Position numbers and translations under genes: made by a program. This document shows, in pieces, positions 25,496 to 38,506 of a DNA stretch of 64,000 nt (positions are counted from its first letter, which is position 1; every line of letters starts with the position of its first letter). The notes beneath the pieces were generated by a model. It worked only from the letters and a program-made list of their open reading frames with translations. It searched no databases and had not been told where the DNA came from. This stretch comes from Camelus ferus (lineage: Eukaryota): positions 25,236,001-25,300,000 of the forward strand of contig NC_045696.1 of the NCBI RefSeq assembly GCF_009834535.1. The letters run 5' to 3'.

Positions 25496-28282
25496 AACAG
25501 GAGGACTTGTTGTATGATGAGCTATAGATGCAGCAGAGATGAAAAGTGTTAGGTTGACACATTGGGCAATTGGTGATAATGTCATCACTAGGATAAAAAG
25601 ACAAAGAAAAGATTTAAGGAAAGCTTTTGTTGCCTGTGAGAGGTGTTCACTGGGTAATTAACTAAATAAGCCTAGATCTAAAAGAAGAATCTTGATCTGC
25701 TGATTTAGTTATCAGAAAAAGTTAGTATTTGCAGGCATGAGAATGCTTAAGATTACCTGTTACTAGGAAGTCTAATATTTTAGGATTCCAGTCCTACCTG
25801 GGAAAGATTAAAAGTATAGTCCATGAAAACTCACAAAAGTCAGAAAATGGCATAAGATATTTCTTTAGTATTCTCATTGAATCACTCATTAGTCTATACA
25901 AAGATTACCCATGAGGGATGATAATTGCTCACCTCTTCTCCATCCTAGACCCTCTTAAGATGAATGAGTTCCTCTTGCAAAATTCAGTTCTCAGGGACCA
26001 GTTTCTAAAAATTGAGGAGGGCTGTAAAATTTAAGTTCTAACCATTAATTCTAAATTTCTGAATTTAAAATATTTCTCTATAGCAACTTTTTTGCAATAT
26101 CAAAAATCAATTTGAATTAAAGACCTGAAATAGATGCTGGCTTGAAAATGTATTGTTATAGTAGGAGAAGGTTTACAGATTTAAATTCAAGTGTTCAACT
26201 AAAAGTTACAGAGAATGCTATTTAACTCTTTTTCTCTGATTAATCAGATGTTTAAAGACATCTGTTGTATAATAAATCCTCATGCAATTAAAAGCAGCAT
26301 CCTGGGAGTATAGAATTAATCACTTTCCCACGTTATTGACATTTAGGTTCAGATTAGCAGCAATAAAATAAGTCAATAATAGATCTTATAAAATAAAACC
26401 TTTTTTGGGTATAGGAGAGAGAAGAAATATGTTTGAAAGAAATCTGTTTTAAATGTATGCCTGTACCATTGGAAAACAGACTAAAATGTTTCCTTAAATC
26501 TCAACTCTTGGCATATTTTATTGACCCTCATGAAATTTTTCTAGAAAGGAATATATTCTATATTTTCCTCATCATCTGCTGATCTGTTGGACAAGAGAGA
26601 CTCAAAATTGTACCCTTTCATTTTTCTTTATCTTAACATACAACTTTAACAAAAGTTGTCTCTTACTATTTTTTCTTAAGCTTCTTACTTAAATGGAACA
26701 CTTTTTTTTCTTCAGTGTAAAACTTCCTACGATTTATAGTAAATACCTTTGTAAGATATTAGTATGATTTTGATTTGGATCAATGTTAATATTCTTTAAG
26801 CTGTATGTTTGATATTATGTGTTAACATTAATGATTATTTTAGGTTCTTTATTTTTTATCATCACTAATCCTCAAAAAGCAATAAATTTTTATCCAACTT
26901 TATATTAAAAGGCAACTATTTTAAGGAGGTTTCAGTTTTAAAAAGCAAAGCAATCTTGTATTCTTATAATGTTTTTAAAATCAATTTCAATGTGAAGTTT
27001 ATTCTGAGTACCAAAAATTAAGCTTTCAACTAACTTGCAATATGTTATAAAAATTCCCTTAACTAAAGGAAATGTTTCATTAAAAATTACAAATGTGAAA
27101 TCTAGTGATCTATAGTTATTCATGATGTTATTTGCAAAATACCTTTTTTCATGGTTGTATTGCTATTGTATTAATTTTGTTTTGCTCATTGACTGTTGCT
27201 TGATCTCCTTTTTGTAATGAAATTTTACTGATAGAAAGGATGTGTAGCACACAATTTACAAAAAAATAATAAATATATCATACTCTATTTTATAAATTCT
27301 TCATAGCCTATTAATTCTTTCAAAATCCTTTTGTTTATTTTCATAAAATTACAGACAAGTATAGTTACCATGTAAACATTGGTTGATATTTTCATTTAGT
27401 TTAAGGAAGTGAAACAAACCTGAAACAGAACAGACTTATGTTGGAACTTCACTTGTTCTTGATCTCCTTTTTTAAAATAATTTTTCAGATATTTTTCCAA
27501 AATTTGTGGTCTGACTTTCCAGTTTGACTATTATCTTCCTCACCACAGATATTTCTCAACATGTAATTAATTACATTATAGTCTCTATTTTTTTAAACTT
27601 TTCTAAACATCTCTACTTAATCTGGGTGACTTACTTTGATTTCTTTCTCCATTACCCTTTACTACTAATAATCCCATGATTTCAAATGAATGTAAGGTAT
27701 AATGCAGGCTTTGAATTTTAAGTAATGACCGATGTTTTCTTGATTTGGGGAGCAGCAGTGGAAATTATCACAGTTAATCAACTGTTCTTCTTTCCTAAGG
27801 ATCAGCAGCCAGTTAAGGGGGCTGGAAGCATCCTTTCAGGCACATTTACCCATCTGTCAACTAAGACTGAACACTATTTTTGTAACAGTTGAATAGTTAT
27901 TATATTCTTAGGCCGAGTACCCTAATCTCATTGCCTTTTACTGTCTTTTATTTTCTAGGGAGGTTGCTATTTTCCTTTCTAAAATTTCTCTCTCTCTCTC
28001 TCTCTCTCTTTTTTTGCCCCCAGGAAAAATAGCAGGGAGATAGTGTCATAAAATCCAACTAAAATAACATGGATTAGAAACTGAAATGAATTAATTCTAA
28101 TCTTCATCTCTTCATCAATGTGATAGTCACTAATCATTTATTTAATTCCATACCCTTAGTTCTTTATGTATGAAGTGTAAAGTTTATTCATTAGATGCTC
28201 TGAGGCATATACAGTGCTAAATAAATAAGATAAGTTCCAGTTTCTGAAAGCTCACAGGTGCTTATTCAAGAATTTTGACTTT

Positions 28283-28794
28283 GTTTGAGAGTCAGTTCTG
28301 CAGAGAGGTCTTATGTTTTTGCAAATCTTGTGAGCAGAAGCACTTATGGCTTTTATTCTTGTTTATATTTTCAAGATATTAAACAGCCTTGGAAGTTAGC
28401 AATAGTGTCTCTCTGAGCAGAGGGCAGATTTGTTTCCTGTGAAATATAATAAAAATAATGTCTCTCTCTGAGACAAATAGTGGGCAGGTTTGCATTCAGC
28501 ACCTTGTAAAAGATTGGGGTTTCCTAAGCTTGGGTTTTCTTAGCTGTGATGCAAACCTAGTGTGCACAGCATCAGCCCAGGCCCACATCCACATTTCCAA
28601 CCCCATGGGATTTAGAGAACCAGGAGAACCCACATGAATAGTAAGTTCATGCTGCCCACTGAACCAAGAGTAACAGAGTTCCCTGTTTCTGACCCAGGAG
28701 TCTTGTTTCTGCTGCCAGTACCCATGAATCCATGTTACCCTATCTTAATAGCTTACAAGCAGAGTAAAATCTAGACCTTTCACAGTTCTTTACA
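28283..28794 (+). mobile_element. old MER-class ERV solo LTR, exact family uncertain
   Basis: TCTGACCCAGGAGTCTTG and terminus GTAAAATCTAGACCTTTCACAGTTCTTTACA resemble a eutherian LTR 3' end. Confidence 0.7.
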
Positions 28795-31539
28795 ATCTGG
28801 TATAAAATGGTGGGCAACAGAGATCTTTAATGAAGAGAATACATAATAAAATTATTCTAGATTCCTAAAAATATTCAGAACATATTTGGTGGTTGTCTAT
28901 ATATGGTCAAAACCACAGAAAAAAATCACTCTGCATAAAAGAGTGGTGGTGATCCAGATGAGGGTCAAGGATAAGAGCACGTGGGACACCAATGCTGGTG
29001 AGTTAGATGCACGTGCCCAGGGGGAGGGGAGAATATATACAGTAAATTTAATAAATCCAGAAAGTGAACATAAGCTCCAGTTTCTACAAATCACATAGGG
29101 CTAATTCTAATGGCATGAGAGGTAGTGATCATGAAAGTAGAATAGAAAACAATAAAGAATAGCATTCTGAAGTCAAAAGAGGCAAATATGTCTAGAATGA
29201 TGGGTGAGAGTACCAAAATCCACAGAGGTCAAATTGGAGAAAGACTAGGAAGAGGCCTTTGCTTTAATAGGAAATAATTAGAAATATTTCAGGAACAATT
29301 TCAGTTGCAAGATGAGAGTGGAAGGCTGAATAGAATTGACTGAAAAATAAAGTGTCAAAGAACATTTATTTTAAAAGATAATCATGATTCATGCAAATAT
29401 AAGACAGACATATATCAAAGCTTTTATTTAATTCATTAGTTGATGACAGAGCCAGTTAGAAGGCACAACTAGTTCAAAGGGGATTTCGCAGGACCACACA
29501 GGAATGCTGAAATGAATTTACAAACGTATGCAAACCTGGTCAATATCCACAAGACAATAGCCAATCGCATATCTCCTGGATACAATTTGCATTTCTGTCA
29601 GCATTCTACAGCTTAGAGAGTTATAAAATAGCTCAAAACAGTGAAAGGAGTGATGAACCTGAAGGAGCCACTAGAAAGGACCCGTAGCAAACTTTTTTCT
29701 GTTTCATATTTTTTTCTCAATTTTTCGTACAATAAGATATAAAGAAACAATGAGAGTGAATACAAAACGAAAACACACACACACACACACACAAAACAAA
29801 GGGCACTGAGACCGACGTTGCAATGCATTTTAATAGGAAAGAGCCTGAACGGGAATCAGGAAAGGAACAGCTAAAGAATTCTATAATTTTGACATTTACT
29901 CCAACTTTCAATCTGAATTTCTTATCAAAATTAAGGGGAGTTTGGATCCCAGTTTAGTTATGCTCAGACTTGTCTTTTAACCATAATACCTTAATTTTGC
30001 AAATAAAAGCTTCCTATGAATTTTGTCATAGAATAGAAAGCTATTCTGTTTGCAGTGATGGAAAGGCTCTAGAGTTTCTTTCCTTGATCTTCTTTACCTG
30101 TAAAGCTGTGAGATATTTTTTAGCAACAAATTTAAATTTCTTATACAATTTTAAGAGTGGTGCAAATTTCGGTTATTCATCCTATCATACGACATATGGT
30201 GTTTCCTAAACTCTGCTTGCGTATAGAGTTTGAAGTTAGGTTCAAAATTTGAATTTATTATATTGTTATATTATTTTGTTATATAACCTGCCTCATGGTC
30301 ATAAGCAACAAGTTAACTTTAATATATAAAAAGAGTAAATATAACTTAAAATTTAATTACCATATGTAATTAAAATCAAAATAGCCAAAATATTTTAATC
30401 CGAAATGATATAGAATTAAAATGAGCCTAAAAGTATTTTGATGGTTCTGTTTGCCTTTATATTAAGTTCTAGTCTCAGAGTAGAAAAAAGTATTATGTGC
30501 ATTTTTTTTTAGTTGATTGTATATATTAGTATATATATGTGGTTGAAATGATATACTGTATTGAAAAATGCAGTCTCTGATGTGCTGTTTAGTTTATATT
30601 TTGCAGATGTAGTAGGCAGTGGTTGAGAAGGACCATTGTAGAACTGGCGAGAGAAAGAGTAAGACAGTATTTTATAGAAAAGGCAGTTTTCTTTCAGATC
30701 CACTTTACTATTATTGGAGGAAATGTATAGCATGGCTCTTTGAATTCTAAAAATAATTTTAGAAATTATTTTTATTCAGTTGGCTTTAAGTGGAACACGC
30801 CTGTTGTCACATTCAGAAGCCTGTCTCGTGGAAGTGGAATCTTCATCTTGTTTAATCATCAGACCCGTGGCAAATGGGATCCCTGTGTGTCTACTATTCC
30901 TATGTGCATTTTATTATGTTTTACATTATTAAGAGTTAAGGTCACAACACTTAATATATATTAAATGTTATAATTTAGTCTTTGTGAAAGAATATGAACA
31001 TTTGGTGACTTGAATAAAATTTAACTAGCTTTGTGTTTTTCTTCCTCCTTCAATTCACTGAATTAGTGATTTATTCTGAGGTAATAACAAAACATTGGTG
31101 GCATATGAAAAATTTTTTGAACTTCAGTAAGCACTCTACTTTTTTAAAGAATACATACCTTGCTTTTCTGGACAAGAAAAATAGAAAAGGGCATAAAATG
31201 GAAAAGGTTATTTTTACTGACTTTGATATAGTTGAGTGTCTGGCTTTGGTAGAACACTGGGATTTTATTTTTATGACTGCCCTTTACTCTGTGTTTTGTA
31301 ACCTTTTCTCCTCCTGTTTATATACTTGGTGTTGCCCCTAAGGCTAGATGGTATCTTAACTAATCTTCTTCCACATGTAGTATTTTGGAACGCTCATGGT
31401 GAACAGAGGGGAGAAAATTCTCCTATGATCTTCAAGAATCTCAGACTCCGAACTGAATCTTGCAAACCTGGAAGTCCCCAGGAATCAGAAAAGTAATAGC
31501 AATGTATAAAGAAAATCAAGTTTAAGGAACAATAGGTGT

Positions 31540-31765
31540 GATTGACATAAAAATCTGTATATATTTAATGTATACAACTTGATGAGTCTGGAGATAAGTC
31601 TGTATCTGTGAAACCATCACCACAATCTATGCTGTAAACTTGTCCATCATCTCCAAAATTTCTTCCTGCCCTCTTTATTAATATTTTAATAAGAACACAA
31701 TGTAAGATCTACCCTCTTAGTAAATTTTTAAGTATACATTACATTATTGTTAACTATAGGCTCTA
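31540..31765 (-). mobile_element. L1MA/MB 3' end
   Basis: TGTATATATTTAATGTATACAACTTGATGAG...TGTGAAACCATCACCACAATC...AGATCTACCCTCTTAGTAAATTTT. Confidence 0.85.
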
Positions 31766-32470
31766 TAAAGTGTTTGTTTGTTAGTTTTTTAAAGAAAAGA
31801 AAAAACAGGGAGAAATTAGGGCTTTGGACAAACTAGAGAGGTATTATACTTGGGAGAGCATAGCTACCGCCTACTTCCAGGAAATTGGTGCCAGACCTTC
31901 TGAAAATTTTAAAAGCTGGAAATTCAAACTTTCATGCAAAATCTCTCAGCTGTTAAGTGTTGGCAACTAATTCAGAGTTAACAGCAGCAGCAGCCACCCT
32001 TCACAGGCTAAATCTCTGCAACCAAATTCAGCATACCCTGGGTCACTAGGACCAGGAGCCTTCCTGAACAGCACATTTCAGTCTCCCATGCAGCTCCACA
32101 CTCCTACCCAGCCCTCTTTAAGCCCTGTTCTGTTGAGTACTACATAACTGCAGTAACCTTCCTTCTCTCCCCTTTCTAAGCAAACTTCATTCACATTGCT
32201 GCAAAAATCATCATCAAATTCTGTTCACTCACAGCACAGTATTTCTTAGCCTACAGTGGTTGCTGATTACTTTTGTGAAGGGCTCCCAGATCGAAATTCC
32301 TAAGATCTTGGTTTCATGAATTTGAGCAAGAAATGAAATTTTTCACTTGATAAGTTTTGCCTTACAGGCTTGTGATGATGAAATGGGATAATATATAATG
32401 CAGTACTTTGTAGGTTAGGAAGAACTGAAACATTAGTCATGATTCTAGATTAGTATTATATAACAGTAGC

Positions 32471-32594
32471 TTTTTATTTTTTTATTTTAAAAAATTTTTA
32501 TTGAGGTACAGTCAGTTACCATGTGTCAATTTCTGGTGTACAGCACAATGTCCCAGTCATGCATATACATGTATATATTCATTTTCATGTTCTT
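32471..32594 (-). mobile_element. very short L1 3' stub
   Basis: T-rich tail then TTTTTATTGAGGTACAGTCAGTTACCATGTGTCAATTTCTGGTGTACAGCACAAT. Confidence 0.85.
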
Positions 32595-32791
32595 ACAACT
32601 TTATGTATTATCTCTTCACTTGTTTCTGTTTTTGTTTTATTTTCCCCTTGCTGGTCTTCGATCCCCTCATAACACAGTATCAATTTTTGTAGCGTTATAT
32701 CTGTGTCCCTCTCTCCATGATTCTAGTTCTGACTTTATAGTATATTTCCCTGTCTGCAATACTCAGCATGAATCAGCTAAAATGTATATCC

Positions 32792-33279
32792 TGTGGACTA
32801 GAAAACAAAACAAAATGAAAAACACACACAATGTGAGAGCTGTGAGTCCAGTTTTACTTGGGGCTTACTAAGAACTATAGCCCAGGAGACAGCCTCTCAG
32901 ATGGCTCTGAGGAACTGCTCTGAAGAGGTAGGGGAAGGTCAGTACAGATAGGGTTTTGCTGAAAGGGATACATGCAACCAAGCAGGCATCTCCGCAGAAG
33001 GTTGCTGCTAGCCACGAGGAGCTGATGTCCCTGTTACTGATTTTAGTGCTTTCCTAGGTATGAGAAGATTTAAGAGATTAGGTTCATGAAGTTTTCTCCT
33101 AAAAATATCTAACTATCTGAAGATCTGTTCTGCCAGTTTTTTTTCCCCAGATCACTGAGTGCCTCATTCCTGATCTCCACCCTGAACTCCCTTCAGGGTA
33201 TGTTGCTGGTCAGTGATTCTAGTGACTAATGACCTAATTCTTGTAGAATCAGATCAACAGACACTTAATTTAGTTGGCA
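32792..33279 (-). mobile_element. ERV1-class solo LTR (MER41-like cetartiodactyl family), copy 1
   Basis: TG...CA termini; homologous along its length to 42932-43419; flanks ATCC/ATTC may be a degenerate 4-bp TSD; family name from recall. Confidence 0.8.
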
Positions 33280-34249
33280 ATTCCTTGATTTTCAAAATAA
33301 TACAAGAATTAAAATGATGATTTTTGAAGCCCTTCTTCCATGAAATGGGTAGAGCTAAGAGTTTTAGTTCCAAACATCCTTCTGCTTTATGCACTTGTCT
33401 CAATTAGATAAAATAGTCATAGACTCATAGTGATAGATGTATTACTCAGATATTTTCTTCATTTTCAGAGGTGAAAACTGAAACCTAAAGATGGTGTGTT
33501 ACTGGCTTGAGGTTATAGGGCGAGATATGGCCAGACCTGGGATAGATGTAATGTTCCTGTCTCTTTCTGGTCCTCTCCTTACTCTTCTCAGTGCCTCAAG
33601 AATGATTTCAGCAGCTCTTCCTTTTCATGGGAGCTCTGATCTCGAGATTTAAAATCTAGAATGCTGACCACATTTGTTCTAACCTTAACTTGCTCTGCAA
33701 AATGATACTTTAGTGTCTTCTCTCTATAATTTCCTCCCCATGCAAGTTCCTCCCATAAAATTCTTTATTCCAGGGGAACAAATACCATCTTGGGATGAAA
33801 TACTAGGCAAGTGTTCTAGCTAAAGAAAATAAACTATTTTCTAAAATGCTGTATTTTCTAGCAAGCAGATATGGACCTGTGTCTGCTGCCCAGCCGGATT
33901 TCTCACTCAAGGTGAGCCCTTGAGGCAAGCAAGTCCGCAGGCACTTTCTCTGCCTTTGCTTGAACCACACCCTTCATTTGGTCCTTATCACCAACACTGC
34001 ATTGGTGGAAGGCCATGTCCTCCTTCAGGATCTAGTACAAAACACACCATCTTCATTCAGATTCCGTCAATTTTCCCTAATTGATCTACTTCATATCTAT
34101 CAACCCTTAAATATCAACTTGTGATAAAATATTTATTTTTGTTGCACTATGGAATATTTTGTACTGTATATATTTATTTGTTCTTTATCCTCAACTATAC
34201 TTAAGCTTTTCAAAGGCCTGGGATATTTATCAATTTTAATAAATACCGT

Positions 34250-34480
34250 GATAATAACAATAGCCACTATGTATTGTATAGTATCTATATTTTGAGCAAC
34301 TGCAAAAGTGTTATACATTCAGTAGCTCACTTAAGCTTCACTACAGTCCTGTGAGGTAAATACTATTATGAGTCGCATTGTACAGAGAGAAAATGGAGAC
34401 ACTGATCCCACATTTTCCCAGCAAAGAATTGTCAGAGCTAGAATTTGAATCAGACAGTGCCAAATGAAGTGTTCTTTGCA
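34250..34480 (-). mobile_element. MIR SINE
   Basis: CAGTCCTGTGAGGTAAATACTATTATG...CATTGTACAGAGAGAAAATGGAGAC...CAGAGCTAGAATTTGAATC. Confidence 0.7.
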
Positions 34481-34533
34481 TAAAAGAATTTAATACATTC
34501 TTAACAGAACCAGAGGACCGATTTGCTGTTCAA

Positions 34534-34604
<71 letters not shown>

Positions 34605-34684
34605 TACAGAGGTACTGGGGATTGAACCCAGGACCTTGTGCATGCTAAGCATATGCTCTATCACTGAGATATACCCCCACCCCC
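34534..34684 (-). mobile_element. camelid tRNA-derived SINE (vic-1-like) with (AAT)n tail
   Basis: Reverse strand reads GGGGGTATATCTCAGTGATAGAGCATATGCTTAGCATGCACAAGGTCCTGGGTTCAATCCCCAGTACCTC, then about 23 AAT units. Confidence 0.9.
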
Positions 34685-34944
34685 TCACATTCTTTAATCT
34701 GTGGGATTTTCTCTTTTATCACTTATAAAAAAACCAACAACCAAAGCTTTAAAAAGGACATGTGAGTTTATGAAATGATCAAGTTAAAGGCAAAATATAT
34801 GATCTTATTTAGGAAACTCTTTAATTTTATTTTTTCAATAGGAAAACCACATATGAGACACAAGAAAATGATGGTTTTCAAAGCAAATTTTAAAGTCACT
34901 TTTTTAAAAGAAAATACAAAGCTTTTTATTTATTTTTTTAATCT

Positions 34945-35113
34945 TTGTCAAATTATGGTCCACTAACCAAATCATGTCCTCTAGCTGTTTTTGTAACTAG
35001 AGTTTTCTTGGAACCCAGTCATGCCCAGTTATTTCCATATTGTCTACAACTGCCCTCACATTGCAATGGTAGAACTGAGTATTTACCCTGTAAGGAAAAG
35101 TTTGCTACCTCTG
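34945..35113. mobile_element. MER58A hAT-Charlie MITE, internally deleted
   Basis: CTGTTTTTGTAACTAGAGTTTTCTTGGAACCCAGTCATGCCCAG...GAAAAGTTTGCTACCTCTG. Confidence 0.8.
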
Positions 35114-36479
35114 TACTGCATAAAATAAATTTTGTAACTTGCATGTCCTCTCTCTTTGATACAGAGTTACATTTGAGGGGAAAAAATAAACACATCTAAA
35201 TGTTTCTAAAATTCTACACTTAAGATTATATGTGCATTTTCAAGGGGCATACAAAGTGACACTGGGAATCCTTATGAACATTCTGCAGATCAGGAACCAA
35301 AAAAGGCTAAGTGACTTGCCCAGGCTCATTATACTAGTTGGAGTTCATGCATCTCTGTGATACCATTGCTCCAATTACTTTAAACATTGTATAACTGATG
35401 TTTTCCTTGCTTCCATTAAGCTTATCTGAGATTTCAAGGAATAGTTTATTAAAAATTGTATATGTTTATATTTCTGAGTAACTGTAAAACCCCATGCATT
35501 AAATAACATTTTCTTGCCTTACATTTCTCAAACAAGTAAATGACTTTTAATCCTTAGAAAATCACTGTGCACTCAGGTATTTGAAACTCTCCATGTTCTT
35601 CTGGTACTGATATTGAAATACTTTTAATTGGTTCCAAAAATGGAACACATAAATGCAGTTTTCTTTCTGTCCGTATTCTTTGGGTTGATGGTTAACAGTA
35701 TTGATTGCATTTCAGATAATGTGGAAAGTATTCCTGCTGTTAATTCATAGCATAGAATCTTTTTGAGTGATGTTTCCATTGTCACGGCATCCTATACACT
35801 TGCCAATATACTTCTTAGAATGCTCTGTTAGTCAAACTATCTCTTTGTCCATATATTCAAATGAACTGTAGAGGTTATTAACTTGCCCTTGGCAAATAGA
35901 TTTATTTTTCTAAGACAAATGCTTTTATAAATTCAATGTGTGACAGTTTTATTACAAATTGTAAATAGAATGCCCTGCCAGATTTTTATGACAGCCATCA
36001 CTAACTCATTTGGGTTCTTATTACATTTCAAGCCTTCATGTTCATGGATATATTTCTTTTAATCACCAGCAAGGCTATGCTGAGATGTTACAGATTTTAA
36101 ATTCTATTGTTGGATTTATATAATTGGCCCTTTTAATAGTAACCTAGTTTTGGCAATTTGATTATCTATCAAACATTAAATTTAACACTTACATTTGCAA
36201 TAGTCTTTGTCCCATTTCTGTTTTAATGCATTTCATGTTTCTTTCCAAAGATGGAGGTGTAGCAAGTGATAAGAGTTTGTAAATATATCTTTATCAACAG
36301 TGATTTTAAATGTTATTAGACTGGTATTTTTGTTTCCTTGTATATATAAAAATGCAATTACAATATAATATTAAAACATTTTAATGATTCTTAATGTTCA
36401 AGCAAATATGTGCTTAATGTTAAAAATGAAAGCTACCTTAATAATGGGCACTCTATTCTCTTTACCTTAAGAACAATGG

Positions 36480-36655
36480 CTTGCTTACTTGCTAACTGAC
36501 CTTTGGCAAGTCACTACACCTTTCTGTATGTCATATCTATACCGTGGTGTCACAGAAGTACCTATGTCTTCAGACTGTCCTGAGGACTAGATGAGATTAT
36601 ACTCACCAAGTTCTAAATGCATGATCTGGAATCCAGCAAGTTACCATTAAGAAAA
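36480..36655 (+). mobile_element. MIR SINE
   Basis: TGACCTTTGGCAAGTCACT core; TGTCCTGAGGACTAGATGAGATTAT. Confidence 0.6.
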
Positions 36656-36699
36656 TTCTGTAAGTCACTTGATGGAATTATTTTCCCTTAGCAAACTGG

Positions 36700-37068
36700 T
36701 GTGTCAGCTCTGGCTGCCATAACAAAACATCACAGACTATGGTTTACATAACAGAAATTCATTTTTTCACAGTGCTAGAGGTTGGACATCCAAAGTCAAG
36801 ATGCCAGCAGGATTGGTTTCTAGTGAGAACTTTCTTCCTGGCTTGTAGGTGGCTACCTTCTCCGTGTGTCCTCATACGGCCTTTCCTCTGTGCACCTACG
36901 TTCCTGGTATCTCTTCCTCCTCTTACCAGTCTTCTGGATTAGCCCCCTATCCTGTGGTCTCATTTTTACCTTCCTTACCTCCTTAAAGGCCCTGTTTCAA
37001 AACACGGTCATGTTAGGGGTAAGGGCTTTAACACATGAATTTGGGGGAGCACAATGTGGTCCACAACA
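36700..37068 (-). mobile_element. MLT1A-type MaLR LTR
   Basis: GGCTGCCATAACAAAACATCACAGACT...CAACACATGAATTTGGGGG-like end (AACACATGAATTTGGGGGAGCACAATGTGGTCCACAACA). Confidence 0.9.
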
Positions 37069-38506
37069 CAAAATAATATTACTTACTATAATTTTATCCT
37101 CTCTTCATTTAATAGATTTTTTTAAAGCATACATTTCAAGTGGACTGCCTATTCATTTTATTCACTGTTATGGTGACATGTAACACCAAGTCTTCATGGT
37201 AAATGAAGACTAAATTATTGAAATATATACACGTGTGAAGTTTTTCTTACAGGTGTACTTAGACTCTTACTCCCACAGCCAGTTATCTGTTGGCAGGAAT
37301 TCAAACCAGAGATTTGTTTTAATATTACTTGCTTTGCAGAAACATTGAAATAACTGGTTCCCCATTTTCAATGTGAAGCTATATAACATTGACCTCTCAC
37401 TTCTTAAAACTCTCTCTGCCTTGGCTTAATGAGAGATTTGATCTAATCCAAGTATAGATAAATCAAAGTTTCCCAAAAGAATGTGAGTTTTTGAAAAGAT
37501 GGTCATGGTTTATCTATCTTTTGTATCACTAACACATGGTACATTTTCTAGCTCAATATGTTACGGTTAAATGAAAAAAAAAAACTGAGTAAATGAAATG
37601 AATGAATCCATTAATGAATCCATGACAATAACAAGCTGACTCATCTTTCTTACGACCTAAAAACCAATGCTTACAATCTCCCTACCTTTTTGGAAAGATC
37701 AGTGTTTCCATTAGGATCTACTGAGTTTCTTTGGTATATTTATTTATTTATCTGATATATTTAGTCTCTTTGGCATATTTTGCACTTCACCTGTATTCAA
37801 AAATACCAAAATCAACACTTCCCTGCAAGTCCTTCCCATACTGGAATTTTGACACAGACTCTTAACCTAACTACAATTGTCTGAATTGGAGCTTCTAGAG
37901 AAAGTGATTGATCTTTCATTCTGTTTTCACATTGGGATTAAAAGGAAAGAAATCAGTGTGGGTGAAGTTGGACGATTAAAGATAGTAATAAGGAGGTTGC
38001 AAGAAAGTCTTTGTACTACAAGTGGAAAAGGCTACTATTGGATTTTACACAATCCCTTTCCTTAGATGTGGTTAAAAAATGGAATTGACTGTCAAATTGC
38101 TGAAAGAGTTTAAGAATAGTGCTTATTGAAGTCAGGATATAGCCTAGCTGATTTCTCAAAGGTCATTTCCACTTCACTTATATAAACATTGAAGTAGAGG
38201 TTCAAGGGAACCTCAGTGGTACATAAGTGCTTCACCTCTGTTCGCAGCCAAAGGGAAGATTTAAGACAACCCAAGCCTTTAAACACACATTTCTCCTCTG
38301 TCTAGAACTGTGGTTCTCATCTCTTTTATTCTTTTTTTATTGACAAGGGTATAATGGACACTGCTCAGAAGCATGACTCATTTCTGTAGATAACCCCAGT
38401 TCATATGCTACAGCAGAGATAATTTATGTCCCCAAGTTTTGCCTAGTTGCCCACATCCCAGCTGAGGGAACATGAACTCACTACAGATGGCGATGGAATG
38501 AGGTGG

